Shown here: piece by piece, positions 16,060 through 25,863 of the stretch
How positions within the stretch are numbered: the first letter of the stretch is position 1
Layout of the letters: each line of letters starts with the position of its first letter
DNA from: an uncultured Acidobacteriota bacterium
GTDB taxonomy: Bacteria; Acidobacteriota; Vicinamibacteria; Vicinamibacterales; CAVVIG01
Length of the DNA: 64,000 bases
Assembly: GCA_963757355.1 (NCBI GenBank)
Contig: CAVWRG010000003.1
Coordinates: 261,120-325,119 of the forward strand
Direction: 5' to 3'
Translations under genes and position numbers: made by a program
The notes under the pieces: generated by a model
The model's database searches: none
Told to the model about the DNA's origin: nothing
The model's input: only the letters and a program-made list of their open reading frames with translations

Positions 16060-17973
16060 TTACCCTTGGGGCAGCGGCTTGCTCAACGCGGGCACAATCG
16101 GCGTCCGCTCCTTGGCGCGCGGACGTTCCTCGTCCTCGTTTGTCGCCGCCGCACGCGGAGCGACCGGCTGTGGATCGTCGAGCGGGAGACCCGCCGCGAG
16201 GCGCTTCACCTGCTCGGCGTCGAGGACTTCGCGCGCCAGCAGCGCGTCGGCCATCTTGAGCAGCGGTTCCTTGTTCTCGCTCAAAATCCGGTGCGAGCGC
16301 TGGTAGTTGTCGGTGACGAAGCGCTTGACCTCCTGGTCGATCTTCAGCGCCGTGTCCTCGCTGTAGTCCTGATGCTGCGCGATTTCCCGGCCGAGGAAGA
16401 TCTGCTCTTCCTTCTTGCCGAAGGTGAGCGGCCCCATCGCGTCGCTCATGCCCCACTCACAGACCATGCGGCGCGCCAGCTCGGTCGACCGCTCGAGATC
16501 GTTGCCGGCGCCGGTCGTCAGGCTGTCCATCGTGATCTCTTCGGCGATGCGGCCGCCGAGCAGAATCGCGATCTGATCGTTGAGGTAGTCGCGCGAGTAG
16601 TTGTGCTTCTCGTCCGCCGGCAGCTGCTGCGTGAGGCCGAGCGCCATGCCGCGCGGAATGATCGTCACCTTGTGAATCGGATCGGCGTACGGCAGCAGCA
16701 CCGTGAGCAGCGCGTGCCCCGCTTCGTGAATCGCGGTGACGCGCTTCTCCGCGTCGCTGATGATCATCGAACGGCGCTCGGATCCCATCAGCACTTTGTC
16801 CTTCGCGTACTCGAAATCGTGCATGCGCACGACCTTCTGGTTGTAGCGCGCGGCGTTGAGCGCCGCCTCGTTCACCAGATTCGCCAGGTCGGCGCCCGAG
16901 AAGCCCGCCGTGCCCCGCGCCAGCACCGGCACCTGGACATCGTCGGCCATCGGAATCTTGCGCGTGTGGACGCCGAGAATGCCCTCGCGTCCCTTCACGT
17001 CGGGGCGGTTGACCACGATGCGGCGATCGAAGCGGCCGGGACGCAGCAGCGCAGGGTCGAGGACGTCGGGGCGGTTCGTCGCAGCGACGAGGATGACGCC
17101 TTCGTTCGACTCGAAGCCATCCATCTCGACGAGCAGTTGATTCAGCGTCTGCTCACGTTCGTCGTGGCCGCCGCCGAGCCCGGCGCCGCGATGGCGCCCG
17201 ACCGCGTCAATTTCATCGATGAAGACGATGCACGGCGCGTTCTTCTTGCCCTGCTCGAACAGGTCGCGGACGCGCGAGGCGCCCACGCCGACGAACATCT
17301 CGACGAAGTCCGAGCCGCTGATCGAAAAGAACGGCACGTTGGCTTCGCCCGCGACGGCGCGGGCGAGCAGCGTCTTACCGGTTCCCGGAGGGCCCATCAG
17401 CAGGACGCCTTTGGGGATGCGGCCGCCGAGCTTCTGGAACTTCTGCGGCTCCTTGAGGAACTCGATGATCTCCTGAAGCTCTTCCTTCGCCTCGTCGACG
17501 CCCGCCACGTCCTTGAAGGTGACCTTCTTCTGAGAGCTCGACGACAGCTTCGCTTTGCTCTTGCCGAAGGAGAGCGCCTTGTTGCCGCCGCTCTGCATCT
17601 GGCGCATGAAGAAGATCCAGAAGCCGATCATCAACAGCACCGGCGCCCAGGAGTACAGCAGCGAGGCCCACGGGCTGGCGGTCGGCTCCTTCGCCTTCAC
17701 GATCACGCCTTTGTCGATCAGCTTGTTCGCGAGGCCGTCATACTGCGCGGGCGCATACGTGTGAAAGGTCTCGTGCGTGCCCTTGCTGACGCCGACGATC
17801 TCCTGGCCGGTGATCGTGACGCTCTCGACGGTGCCGGCATCGGCCGCCGACATGAACTCGCTGAACGTCGCCACCCGCTCGTGCTGCTGGAGCTTCGTCG
17901 AAAAGTTCCAGATGAGCACGCCGACGACGACCAGCACGATCCAGAACAATAAGCTCTTCAGCGTCGAATTCAA
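16060..17973 (-). CDS. ftsH: ATP-dependent zinc metalloprotease FtsH
   Basis: Walker [12 protein letters not shown] region, zinc motif HEAGHAL; 637 aa. Confidence 0.97.
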   Translation of the reverse strand: MNSTLKSLLFWIVLVVVGVLIWNFSTKLQQHERVATFSEFMSAADAGTVESVTITGQEIVGVSKGTHETFHTYAPAQYDGLANKLIDKGVIVKAKEPTASPWASLLYSWAPVLLMIGFWIFFMRQMQSGGNKALSFGKSKAKLSSSSQKKVTFKDVAGVDEAKEELQEIIEFLKEPQKFQKLGGRIPKGVLLMGPPGTGKTLLARAVAGEANVPFFSISGSDFVEMFVGVGASRVRDLFEQGKKNAPCIVFIDEIDAVGRHRGAGLGGGHDEREQTLNQLLVEMDGFESNEGVILVAATNRPDVLDPALLRPGRFDRRIVVNRPDVKGREGILGVHTRKIPMADDVQVPVLARGTAGFSGADLANLVNEAALNAARYNQKVVRMHDFEYAKDKVLMGSERRSMIISDAEKRVTAIHEAGHALLTVLLPYADPIHKVTIIPRGMALGLTQQLPADEKHNYSRDYLNDQIAILLGGRIAEEITMDSLTTGAGNDLERSTELARRMVCEWGMSDAMGPLTFGKKEEQIFLGREIAQHQDYSEDTALKIDQEVKRFVTDNYQRSHRILSENKEPLLKMADALLAREVLDAEQVKRLAAGLPLDDPQPVAPRAAATNEDEERPRAKERTPIVPALSKPLPQG

Positions 17974-19430
17974 GCAGGGCCTCCCAAACGCTTAATTCTC
18001 AAGATTACCACGGCTTGCGCGGGGTCCGTTACGCGAAACGACTCATCCAGCGCGTACCCGGCGACCCAGACAATCCGATCCGTTTCGTCCACCACCAGCG
18101 GCACCGAATCACGATTCTGTCGAGCGATCTTACGGTCGACGAAAAAATCCTGCAGCTTCTTGCGCCCACCCAGCCCAATCGGGCTGAAGCGGTCGCCCGG
18201 CCGCCGATTTCGAACCGTCAGTCCGCCGCCGCAGCGATCCCGGCGCACCACGACGACCGACCCGTTGCTCACAACTGCACGCGACGTGACATCCGTGGAG
18301 AGCTCGGCTGAGAGGACGCACGCGCCGTGCGCCCACGCGACCTCACCTGGAATAGACAACGGATACGACAAAAGGTTCGCTGAGTTCGCCGGGTTCGTTC
18401 GGTTCGCCGCGTCCGCTCGGTTCCCACGGCCGACGGTTCCCGGCGGTCTACCAGTTAAGACGAGCCAGCGGCCAACACGTTGCACGCGCTGCCCGGGCGC
18501 GTCGACCCCGCCTTCCTTCTCATGCATTAGACGGAGGACGGCTGCCACGTGCTCGAACGCGACCGGCCGCCCGCCGCTCATGGCGGTCATCGCGCGCCAC
18601 ACGGCGAATCGGCGAACCGCCGCTGGGGCGCCATCGAGCGCCTCGATGTCGAGCCGCTGCGATTCCGCACCGGCCGTGTGCTCCGAAGGGGCATCCATGC
18701 CGCGCGTCAGGGCGTCGGCCGCCGTCTCCATCCATCGCCAGATGTCGCGCGTCATGTCCGCTTCGTCCGCCAGGATGTCGACGATCGCCGGGTTGAAGCG
18801 CCGCTCGAGAAGCGGCAGCAGCTCGGCGCGCACGCGGTTGCGCGGAATCGTCGTGTCGCAGTTCGACTCATCCTCCACAAACGCCACGCGCCGCTCGGCG
18901 AGGTAGGCCTGCAGCGCGCTGCGCCGGCAAGCCAGGAGCGGACGAATCAGCGCACCGCGCCTGGGGTGCATCGCCGCGAGCCCCCGGGGGCCGGCGCCGC
19001 GCAGCAGACGCAGGAGGAACGTTTCCGCCTGATCGTCGCGCGTGTGTCCCAGCGCGATGGCATCGGCAGCAAAGTGCGCGCGCGCCCTTTCGAAAAACGC
19101 GTGCCGCGCCGTGCGCGCCGCGTCCTCGATCGACCGCCGCTCGCGCCGCGCACGCGACGCGACATCTTCGCCGTCCGCGAGCAGCGGCCAGCCGAGCGCC
19201 AACGCCTGGTCGCGGACGAAGCGCTCCTCGGCGTCGGCCGCCGGACGAAGTTGATGATTGAAATGCGCGAGGCCGGCCACTTGCAGCTCGCCCGCCGCGG
19301 CGAGCTCGCGAAGCAAGTGCGCGAGCGCCATCGAATCGGATCCGCCAGACAGCGCCACGACGACGCGCGTTGCCGGACCGGCCAAATCGTGGTCGCGAAT
19401 CGTCTGCCTGACGAGATCGAGCAGCGACAT
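17970..19430 (-). CDS. tilS: tRNA(Ile)-lysidine synthase
   Basis: PP-loop ALSGGSDS and the C-terminal TilS domain (RNRRPGDRF...[12 protein letters not shown]). ATG at 19430 (MSLLDL) is preferred over the track start at 19517, which runs into a repeat. Confidence 0.9.
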   Translation of the reverse strand: MSLLDLVRQTIRDHDLAGPATRVVVALSGGSDSMALAHLLRELAAAGELQVAGLAHFNHQLRPAADAEERFVRDQALALGWPLLADGEDVASRARRERRSIEDAARTARHAFFERARAHFAADAIALGHTRDDQAETFLLRLLRGAGPRGLAAMHPRRGALIRPLLACRRSALQAYLAERRVAFVEDESNCDTTIPRNRVRAELLPLLERRFNPAIVDILADEADMTRDIWRWMETAADALTRGMDAPSEHTAGAESQRLDIEALDGAPAAVRRFAVWRAMTAMSGGRPVAFEHVAAVLRLMHEKEGGVDAPGQRVQRVGRWLVLTGRPPGTVGRGNRADAANRTNPANSANLLSYPLSIPGEVAWAHGACVLSAELSTDVTSRAVVSNGSVVVVRRDRCGGGLTVRNRRPGDRFSPIGLGGRKKLQDFFVDRKIARQNRDSVPLVVDETDRIVWVAGYALDESFRVTDPAQAVVILRIKRLGGPA

Positions 19431-19536
19431 GTTCTGTGAGGGCGGGAACGGCAGGATAGGCGGGAAGGGCAAGAGGGTGGCTCGGCACCGTCCAGCCGCT
19501 CCTGCCGATCCCGCCATCCTGACGCTAAAAAAACGC

Positions 19537-19614
19537 TGGTGCCGGAGGGCGGACTCGAACCGCCGACCCCGCGCTTATGAGACGCGTGCTCTTAACCAAC
19601 TGAGCTACTCCGGC
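19537..19614 (-). tRNA. tRNA with CAT anticodon (elongator Met or lysidine-dependent Ile2), CCA encoded
   Basis: The reverse complement GCCGGAGTAGCTCAGTTGGTTAAGAGCACGCGTCTCATAAGCGCGGGGTCGGCGGTTCGAGTCCGCCCTCCGGCACCA folds as a cloverleaf (7-bp acceptor, GCTC/GAGC D stem, CGCGT/GCGCG anticodon stem, GGCGG/CCGCC T stem). It is not initiator-like: 1-72 is paired and the anticodon stem has no GGG/CCC. Confidence 0.9.
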
Positions 19615-19757
19615 TGGGAAACCTTGATCGTAGCATGGGCAAACCCATCGCCGGTAGGGGCCGACCCGCGTGTCGGCCCGGGCGGCCGCCTCCGCGCATG
19701 GCGCTTCGGCGAGCCTAGCCGCAGCCGTGGCGAAGACTGGACACACAGGTCCGCCCG

Positions 19758-20729
19758 CTACGGTCTGGGGGAGTCGATCGAATGCGCCGCGCGCTCGATG
19801 ACCGCCGCCGCGAGCAGCGGGATCATCAGCTCGTGATGACCCACGAGCGAGTAGCCGCGCCCAGTGCCCGCCGTGGGACGCGCGACGACGTTGGTCTGTG
19901 CGCGGTACGCGCGTACGAAGTCCAGATTGACCGTCGTCAGCCCGGCGAGCGGCAGACCCCGATTGCGCGCGAGCGCGACCGCTTTCAGAAATATCTCGGG
20001 CAGAATGACGGCGGATCCGCAGTTGAGATACACACCCTGGTCGAGGCGCGCGACATTCGCAGCGAAGTAGCGGAAGTCGCGCAGGCTGCCTTCGCCGAGC
20101 GCCGCGCCCGACGCCGCCGGGTGCATATGGATGATGTCGGTACCGATGGCGACGTGCACGGTGACCGGAATCTGCAGACGCGCTGCCGCCGCCAGCACAC
20201 TGGCGCGCGCACACTGCGGCTGCTTCTCGTCGAGGAACCGCGCCACCGCCTGACCGAGTCCGAGGCCGGCCGCGACGCCTTCGTTGATGGCGCCGTTCAG
20301 CAATCGGCCGGTCTCCTCCGCCATGCCGAAGCGTCCCGGGCCGAGCGCCTCGTCGACATCCTCGGACGTCGCGCCCACGAGGGCGATCTCGAAATCGTGA
20401 ATCACCGCAGCGCCGTTGGTCGCAATCGCGGACACGAACCCGCGCTCCATCAGGTCGATCAGCACTGGCCCCAGACCGGTCTTGATCACGTGGGCGCCGA
20501 TGCCCCAGAGAACACCGCCGCCGGTGCGCTGCGCGTCCACCATCGCGGCGACAACCGCCTTGAGATCCGCGGCGGCGAGCAGGTTCGGCAGCGAGTCGAT
20601 CAGCGCGGCAACCGTCGCGCCAGGCTGAATCGGCCGCCCGAAGTCTTCGCGCCTCACTTTGCTCGCGCGCGACTTCAGCGGATACGTCCTGATGTCAGAC
20701 AGATCAAAGTCGTCGTAAGTGAAGGCCAT
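19758..20729 (-). CDS. conserved protein, deoxyhypusine-synthase-like (tentative)
   Basis: The internal ATG at 20729 gives MAFTYDDFDL. GIGAHVIKTGLGPVLIDLMERGFVSAIATNGAAVIHDFE resembles the DS-family NAD-binding core. The upstream 309 codons of the track ORF overlap queA out of frame. Confidence 0.5.
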   Translation of the reverse strand: MAFTYDDFDLSDIRTYPLKSRASKVRREDFGRPIQPGATVAALIDSLPNLLAAADLKAVVAAMVDAQRTGGGVLWGIGAHVIKTGLGPVLIDLMERGFVSAIATNGAAVIHDFEIALVGATSEDVDEALGPGRFGMAEETGRLLNGAINEGVAAGLGLGQAVARFLDEKQPQCARASVLAAAARLQIPVTVHVAIGTDIIHMHPAASGAALGEGSLRDFRYFAANVARLDQGVYLNCGSAVILPEIFLKAVALARNRGLPLAGLTTVNLDFVRAYRAQTNVVARPTAGTGRGYSLVGHHELMIPLLAAAVIERAAHSIDSPRP

Positions 20730-20744
20730 ATCGCTGTTCTTTTT

Positions 20745-20828
20745 CACGAAGTCACGGAGAACACGACGTTCACGAAGAACACAACGTACCAGAGATCTTC
20801 GTGATCTCCGTACCTTCGTGTCTTCGTG
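20745..20828. repeat. hairpin of CACGAAG/CACGGAG words
   Basis: Arm cacgaagtcacggagaacacgacgttcacgaagaacac (20745-20782) pairs with cttcgtgatctccgtaccttcgtgtcttcgtg (20797-20828). Confidence 0.85.
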
Positions 20829-20842
20829 AAAGATGATGCCGC

Positions 20843-21895
20843 CTACGTGATCAACATCGCGTCGCCATAACTGTAAAAGCGGTAGCGCGCCGCGATGGCG
20901 GCTTGATACGCGGCCAGGACACGCTCTCGGCCGGCGAACGCGGACACCAGCATCAGCAGCGACGATTGCGGCACGTGAAAGTTCGTCAGCAGCCCGCCGA
21001 TGACGCGAAACTCGAACCCCGGATAGATGAAGAGATCCGTGGCGCCCGCACCGGCCACGACCTCGTCGTCGTGCGCGCAAGCCACCGCCTCCAGCGTCCG
21101 CGTCGTCGTCGTCCCCACGGCGATGATGCGCCGCCCCTCGCGGCGCGCGCGCGTGATGGCTGCCGCCGCCACGCCGCCAATCTCGTAGTGTTCGCTGTCG
21201 AGGGTGTGATCTTCCACGCGCTCGGCCCGCACCGGCTGAAACGTGCCGTAGCCGACGTGCAGCGTGATCTCTACGACTTCGATGCCGCGTGCCTCGAGGG
21301 CGCGTATCAGCGCGGCGTTGAAGTGGAGGCCGGCGGTCGGAGCAGCGACCGAGCCGCGGGCCCGTGCGAAGACGGTCTGGTAGCGCTCGCGGTCGGCCCC
21401 ACGATCCGCACGCTTGATGTACGGCGGCAGCGGCACGTGGCCAATCGCGTCGATCGCCTCGTCCAGCGAACCGCCATCGCCGGTCCAAAGGCGGACGAGG
21501 CGGCGGCCGTAAAATCGCCGCTCGAGCACGTGCCCGTGGATCCGGCGCTCGCCGGATCCGCCTTCGAACAGCAGTTCGGCGCCCGGCTTCAACTTCTGGC
21601 CGGGGTGCATCAGCGCTTCCCAATGCTGATCGTCCACCCGGCGAATCAAGAGACACTCGACCGCTCCACCGCTGGGCACGCGGTGGCCGATCAGACGCGC
21701 GGGAAATACGCGGGTGTTGTTGACAACGATCACATCGTCGGAGCGCAGGAGAGCGGGCAGCGCGTTGACCGTCGTGTGCGCCAGGCGGCCGGTGTCCCGG
21801 TCGAGATGCAGCAGGCGCGAGGCGCCGCGCTCGGCGGCCGGCTCCTGCGCAATGAGATCGGCGGGAAGATCGAAGTCGAAATCGTGGACGTCCAT
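20843..21895 (-). CDS. queA: S-adenosylmethionine:tRNA ribosyltransferase-isomerase
   Basis: FDFDLPADLIAQEP, SRLL, VNNTRVFPARL, GSVAAPTAGLHF, TNFHVPQSSLLMLVSAF. ATG at 21895. Confidence 0.93.
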   Translation of the reverse strand: MDVHDFDFDLPADLIAQEPAAERGASRLLHLDRDTGRLAHTTVNALPALLRSDDVIVVNNTRVFPARLIGHRVPSGGAVECLLIRRVDDQHWEALMHPGQKLKPGAELLFEGGSGERRIHGHVLERRFYGRRLVRLWTGDGGSLDEAIDAIGHVPLPPYIKRADRGADRERYQTVFARARGSVAAPTAGLHFNAALIRALEARGIEVVEITLHVGYGTFQPVRAERVEDHTLDSEHYEIGGVAAAAITRARREGRRIIAVGTTTTRTLEAVACAHDDEVVAGAGATDLFIYPGFEFRVIGGLLTNFHVPQSSLLMLVSAFAGRERVLAAYQAAIAARYRFYSYGDAMLIT

Positions 21896-21979
21896 GCCCG
21901 CGATCGATCTTAGAGCAGTTAGCTCAGCGAATGGTGTTGGCCGCGGCATCGCTGGTCACGCTATTGCAGCTGCACGTCA

Positions 21980-23170
21980 GTGTTGCTCGGAGCCACAACC
22001 ATGAGCGTCGAACCGGCGCGCGCCTTCTCCCGGCCGGATGGAGCCGCCGAACCGCCGGAGGCCGATCCGCTTGTGATTCGGATGCCCGTGGACATCCGCA
22101 GCGCGGCCCTGACCGTGCTGGCCGTGATCGCCGTGATCCTGCTTCTCCAGTACGCGCAGGCGATGATCATCCCGATGGTGCTGGCCCTGCTGATCAGCTA
22201 CGCGCTCGAGCCCGTCGTGGTGGCAATGGGACGGGTGCATCTGCCGCGGGCCCTGGCGTCCGCGCTCGTCCTCATGGCGCTGACCGGAACCCTCGGGTGG
22301 ATGGCGTACGGTCTGCGGTCGGAAGCGACGTCGCTTCTCGAACAGCTGCCGCAGGCGGCGAGGAGAATCCGGACCGCGTTCGAAATCGAGCGGCCGCAGG
22401 CTGGCGTCGCGATTCAGCAGGTCCAGAAGGCGGCCGCCGAGCTCGAGAAGGCAGCGAACGCGGCGGCCACCCCGCCACGGCCGGCATCCGGAGTGACGCG
22501 CGTGCAAGTCGAGCCGCCGCCGATCGACATCGGAGACTATCTGATGTGGGGATCGGTCGGCGCCGCCGCCGCCGCAGGCCAGCTGGTGCTGATCCTCTTC
22601 CTCACATATTTCCTGCTCGCCTCAGGGGACCTGTACCGTCGCAAGATGGTGAAGATTGCCGGGCCATCGCTGACAAAGAAAAAGATCACGCTGCAGATCC
22701 TGGAGCAGATCGACCATCAGATCGAATCGTTTCTGCTGCTGCAGCTCGTCACGAGCACAGTGGTCGCGGTCGTCACGTGGCTGGCCTTCCGCGCCATCGG
22801 CCTCGAACAGGCCGGCGTCTGGGGGCTGCTCGCCGGCATTTTCAATTCGATTCCGTACTTCGGCCCGGTGCTCGTGACGGCCGGCACGTCGGTCGTCGCC
22901 TTCATGCAGTTCGGCACGATCCACATGGCGGCGCTCGTCGGCGGCGTGTCGCTCGTCATCACGAGCCTGGAAGGATTCCTCCTGACGCCGTGGCTCACCA
23001 GCCGCGCCGCGCGGATGAACGCGGTGGCCGTGTTCGTCGGCTTGCTGTTCTGGGGCTGGATCTGGAACATCTGGGGCATGCTGCTCGCCGTGCCGATGTT
23101 GATGGTCCTCAAGGCGGTGTGCGATCACGTCGAGGATCTGCACGGCGTCGGCGAGTTGCTGGGCGAGTAG
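21980..23170 (+). CDS. AI-2E family transporter (PerM/UPF0118)
   Basis: Multiple TMs; the C-terminal conserved block is LLFWGWIWNIWGMLLAVPML. Confidence 0.85.
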   Translation: MLLGATTMSVEPARAFSRPDGAAEPPEADPLVIRMPVDIRSAALTVLAVIAVILLLQYAQAMIIPMVLALLISYALEPVVVAMGRVHLPRALASALVLMALTGTLGWMAYGLRSEATSLLEQLPQAARRIRTAFEIERPQAGVAIQQVQKAAAELEKAANAAATPPRPASGVTRVQVEPPPIDIGDYLMWGSVGAAAAAGQLVLILFLTYFLLASGDLYRRKMVKIAGPSLTKKKITLQILEQIDHQIESFLLLQLVTSTVVAVVTWLAFRAIGLEQAGVWGLLAGIFNSIPYFGPVLVTAGTSVVAFMQFGTIHMAALVGGVSLVITSLEGFLLTPWLTSRAARMNAVAVFVGLLFWGWIWNIWGMLLAVPMLMVLKAVCDHVEDLHGVGELLGE

Positions 23171-23173
23171 GAA

Positions 23174-24106
23174 TCAGACGAACTTGCTGAGATCGACGCG
23201 ACCGCGAGCGCTCAGCAGCGGCTTCCACAAGTCGCCGACCTTGGCGATGCGCGCCGGAACGTTCTGCATCGTGAAGTCTTCGATGCGGATGCCCCGCTCG
23301 ACTTCGCTCCACGTCACGGGCGTCGAGACGCTCGCGTCGGGCCTGGGGCGGACCGAATAGATCGACGCCAGCGTGCTGCCCCACCGGTTCTGGTTGTAGT
23401 CGACGAGGACGCGTCCGCGCGGGCGCTTCGCCACCCGGTACTCGGCGGTGATGAGCGGTGGATGGCGCCGCGCCAGTTCCTGAGCGAGCGCCTTGGCGAA
23501 CGTCCACACCTGTTTCTGTTCCGGTCCGCGGACGATCGGCACATACACGTGAAGGCCTTTGGATCCGGTCGTCTTCACCACCGACGGCATCTTCAGCGTG
23601 TCGAGCGCTTCGCGGACCACGAGCGCCGTCTCGCGGACGCGGTCGAACGTGGCGCCCACACCGGGGTCGAGATCGAAGTGCAGGTAATCCGGTCGATCGA
23701 CATCGTCGCACCGCGCGTACCACTGATTCAGATCGATGCAGCCGAGATTCACGACCCACAGCAGCGCCGCGCAATCCTGCACCATCGGAAAATCGATGAT
23801 GTTGTCGTGGCCGTGATCGATTCGGCACGTGTTGATCCACGCCGGACGCGGCGCCGGCGCGCGCTTCATGAAAAAGAAACCGCCGGCGGCACCGTGCGGA
23901 TAGCGCTTCATCACCATCGCGCGGTCGCGCAGATGCGGCAGCAGCACACCGGCCACGTCAGCGTAGTACTGCAGGAGATCGCCTTTGGTGAGCGCCGGCT
24001 CGCTCCAGAACACCTTGCGCAAATTGGTGAGCCGGACCTCTTTGCCGTCCACGGCGATCACCGCGTTCTCGGCGTCGCGCGGGAGAATCAGACGCCGTCC
24101 TGCCAT
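23174..24106 (-). CDS. stand-alone LigD-type NHEJ polymerase/primase domain protein
   Basis: LTNLRKVFW, DLLQYY, MKRYPHG, FDLDP, KTTGSKGLHVYVP, VLVDYNQN, and the S.Y..RP segment. Confidence 0.88.
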   Translation of the reverse strand: MAGRRLILPRDAENAVIAVDGKEVRLTNLRKVFWSEPALTKGDLLQYYADVAGVLLPHLRDRAMVMKRYPHGAAGGFFFMKRAPAPRPAWINTCRIDHGHDNIIDFPMVQDCAALLWVVNLGCIDLNQWYARCDDVDRPDYLHFDLDPGVGATFDRVRETALVVREALDTLKMPSVVKTTGSKGLHVYVPIVRGPEQKQVWTFAKALAQELARRHPPLITAEYRVAKRPRGRVLVDYNQNRWGSTLASIYSVRPRPDASVSTPVTWSEVERGIRIEDFTMQNVPARIAKVGDLWKPLLSARGRVDLSKFV

Positions 24107-24783
24107 TTGGCCCTTGATCGGAGAGGCGGCAGCTTGGGCGGACGCGCCCCGTGCCGGACCGCGCCGGCTACCGGGACGTACTCGAGCTCGACCCCCTCTC
24201 GCGATCGGCGCAGCAGCAAGCCGCCGCGGCTCATGTCGCCCCGCCCGACGAAGTCGATCGGAAACCGCAGCTGCTCGCCGAAGATGCCGAGCAGGATGTC
24301 GACGTACTTCGGCGACGCGATGCTGCCCAGGAGCACGACGTCGCAGTCCGGGCCGACCTCGCGGGCCAGCGCCCTGGCGCTGCGCTCGAACGGCCGGCGA
24401 TACGCCGCGTTGTCCTGGTGCACGTCGCCCTCGGCGAACGAGACGACGGCCTTGTGGGTGACGTACGTGTCGGGGCTGCGCAGCCCCGCGTTCGGGGTGA
24501 TCACATGCACGCCGCAGCCGATGATCGGATGATCGCGCTCGGGCGGCGCGGCGAATCGCAGCGCATACGTCAGCTTGCCGCGGAAATACAACCCACTGAC
24601 GAACATGAAGACGTCGCCGAGCATCGCCCCGCGCCGCGATCTGAGCTCCGCCGCCAGCGCGAACTGCGCGTTGGGCGAGAGGACCTGCTTCGCACGCGTC
24701 CCGCTGCAGTTGGCGGGCGACAGCAGGAAGATGCGGGAGCGCTGCGCAGCTACCACAGAGGATACGGGGGGCACGGGGGGCAC
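24088..24783 (-). CDS. hypothetical protein, overlapping and presumably co-translated with the LigD-Pol gene
   Basis: 231-aa ORF with high GC3 (RIFLLSPANCSGTRAK..., VVLLGSIASPKYVDILL, FVGRGDMSRGGLLLR). I recognise no family. The GTG start at 24783 lies inside a repeat arm, so the true start is probably 20-30 nt downstream. Confidence 0.55.
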   Translation of the reverse strand: MPPVPPVSSVVAAQRSRIFLLSPANCSGTRAKQVLSPNAQFALAAELRSRRGAMLGDVFMFVSGLYFRGKLTYALRFAAPPERDHPIIGCGVHVITPNAGLRSPDTYVTHKAVVSFAEGDVHQDNAAYRRPFERSARALAREVGPDCDVVLLGSIASPKYVDILLGIFGEQLRFPIDFVGRGDMSRGGLLLRRSREGVELEYVPVAGAVRHGARPPKLPPLRSRAKWQDGV

Positions 24784-24828
24784 AAAAGTTATCCTAAATG
24801 GTTTTCTCCTCTGTGTCCTCCGTGGTGG
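24753..24828. repeat. hairpin of CACAGAGG/CACGGGGG words
   Basis: Arm ccacagaggatacggggggcacggggggcac (24753-24783) pairs with ctcctctgtgtcctccgtggtgg (24806-24828). Confidence 0.8.
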
Positions 24829-24834
24829 AGATTT

Positions 24835-25863
24835 TCAGAATCCCCACCGCACCAGCACCGCCCCGACGGTGAACCCGGCGCCGACCGACGCCAGCAGCAC
24901 GAGATCGCCCTTCTTCAACCGTCCCGACGCGACCGCGTCGTTGAGCGCGAGCGGAATGGTGGCGGCCGTCGTGTTGCCGAAGCGTTCGATGTTGATGATG
25001 ACCTTCTCCGGATCGACGCCGAGCTTCTCCGTCGCCGACATGATGATCCGGCGGTTGGCCTGATGCGAGACGAACAGATCGAGATCCGCCGGCGTCAGCC
25101 CGTTCCGCCGCAGGACGCGCAGCGCGATCTCCTCCGTCTTGCGCACGGCGAACTTGAACACCGTGCCGCCGTCCTGCTTCACGTAGTGCAGCCGCTGGTC
25201 GACCGTCTCGCGCGACGGCGGGCGCAGGCTGCCACCCGCCGGCATGCACAGCGCCGGACCGCCGGCGCCGTCAATCTCGTGCTCGAAGTCGAGGATCGCG
25301 CCGTCCGTCTCCATCTCCGCCGCCGAGATCACCACGGCGCCCGCGCCGTCGCCGAAAAGCACGCACGTCGACCGATCCTGATAATCGATGATGCTCGACA
25401 TCACGTCGGCGCCGATCACGAGCGCGTGCTCGTGCGCGCCGCTGCTCACGATCTGGCTCGCCGTGGTCAGCGCGTACGTGAACGCCGAGCACGCCGCACT
25501 GATGTCGAAGCCCCACGCCCGGTGGGCCCCGATCTTGTGCTGCAGCAGGCAGGCAGTGCTCGGAAACATCATGTCTGGTGTCACCGTGCCGACAACGATG
25601 AAGCCGATGTCGTCGGGCGTGAGCCCGGCGTTGGCAATGGCCTGAACCGCCGCTTCCTTCGCGAGATCGGACGTCGCGACGCCCGGATCGACGATATGGC
25701 GCTCGCGGATGCCGGTCCGCTGCAGGATCCATTCGTCGGTCGTGTCGACCATCTTCTCCAAATCGGCATTCGACAGAATGCGCGGCGGCACGTAGGTCGC
25801 CAACGCGCGGATGGTCGTCGGACGCCCGCCGCAGCGCGGCGCGCGCTTCACCTCGGTCACCAC
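24835..25863 (-). CDS. fabH: 3-oxoacyl-ACP synthase III
   Basis: [15 protein letters not shown], active-site [21 protein letters not shown]. Confidence 0.93.
   Translation of the reverse strand: MVTEVKRAPRCGGRPTTIRALATYVPPRILSNADLEKMVDTTDEWILQRTGIRERHIVDPGVATSDLAKEAAVQAIANAGLTPDDIGFIVVGTVTPDMMFPSTACLLQHKIGAHRAWGFDISAACSAFTYALTTASQIVSSGAHEHALVIGADVMSSIIDYQDRSTCVLFGDGAGAVVISAAEMETDGAILDFEHEIDGAGGPALCMPAGGSLRPPSRETVDQRLHYVKQDGGTVFKFAVRKTEEIALRVLRRNGLTPADLDLFVSHQANRRIIMSATEKLGVDPEKVIINIERFGNTTAATIPLALNDAVASGRLKKGDLVLLASVGAGFTVGAVLVRWGF

Noticed and set aside
16066-17952. 628-aa plus-strand ORF
   Set aside because: It is exactly antisense to ftsH, which is unambiguous.
19654-19679. gtaggggccgacccgcgtgtcggccc hairpin upstream of the tRNA as another REP family
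   Set aside because: Only one copy is in the window, so family status cannot be judged here. It may simply be part of the tRNA promoter region.
20730-21656. N-terminal 309 codons of the 632-aa ORF 19758-21656
   Set aside because: This part overlaps queA in another frame and is Arg-rich nonsense. The conserved protein starts at ATG 20729, just after a word hairpin.
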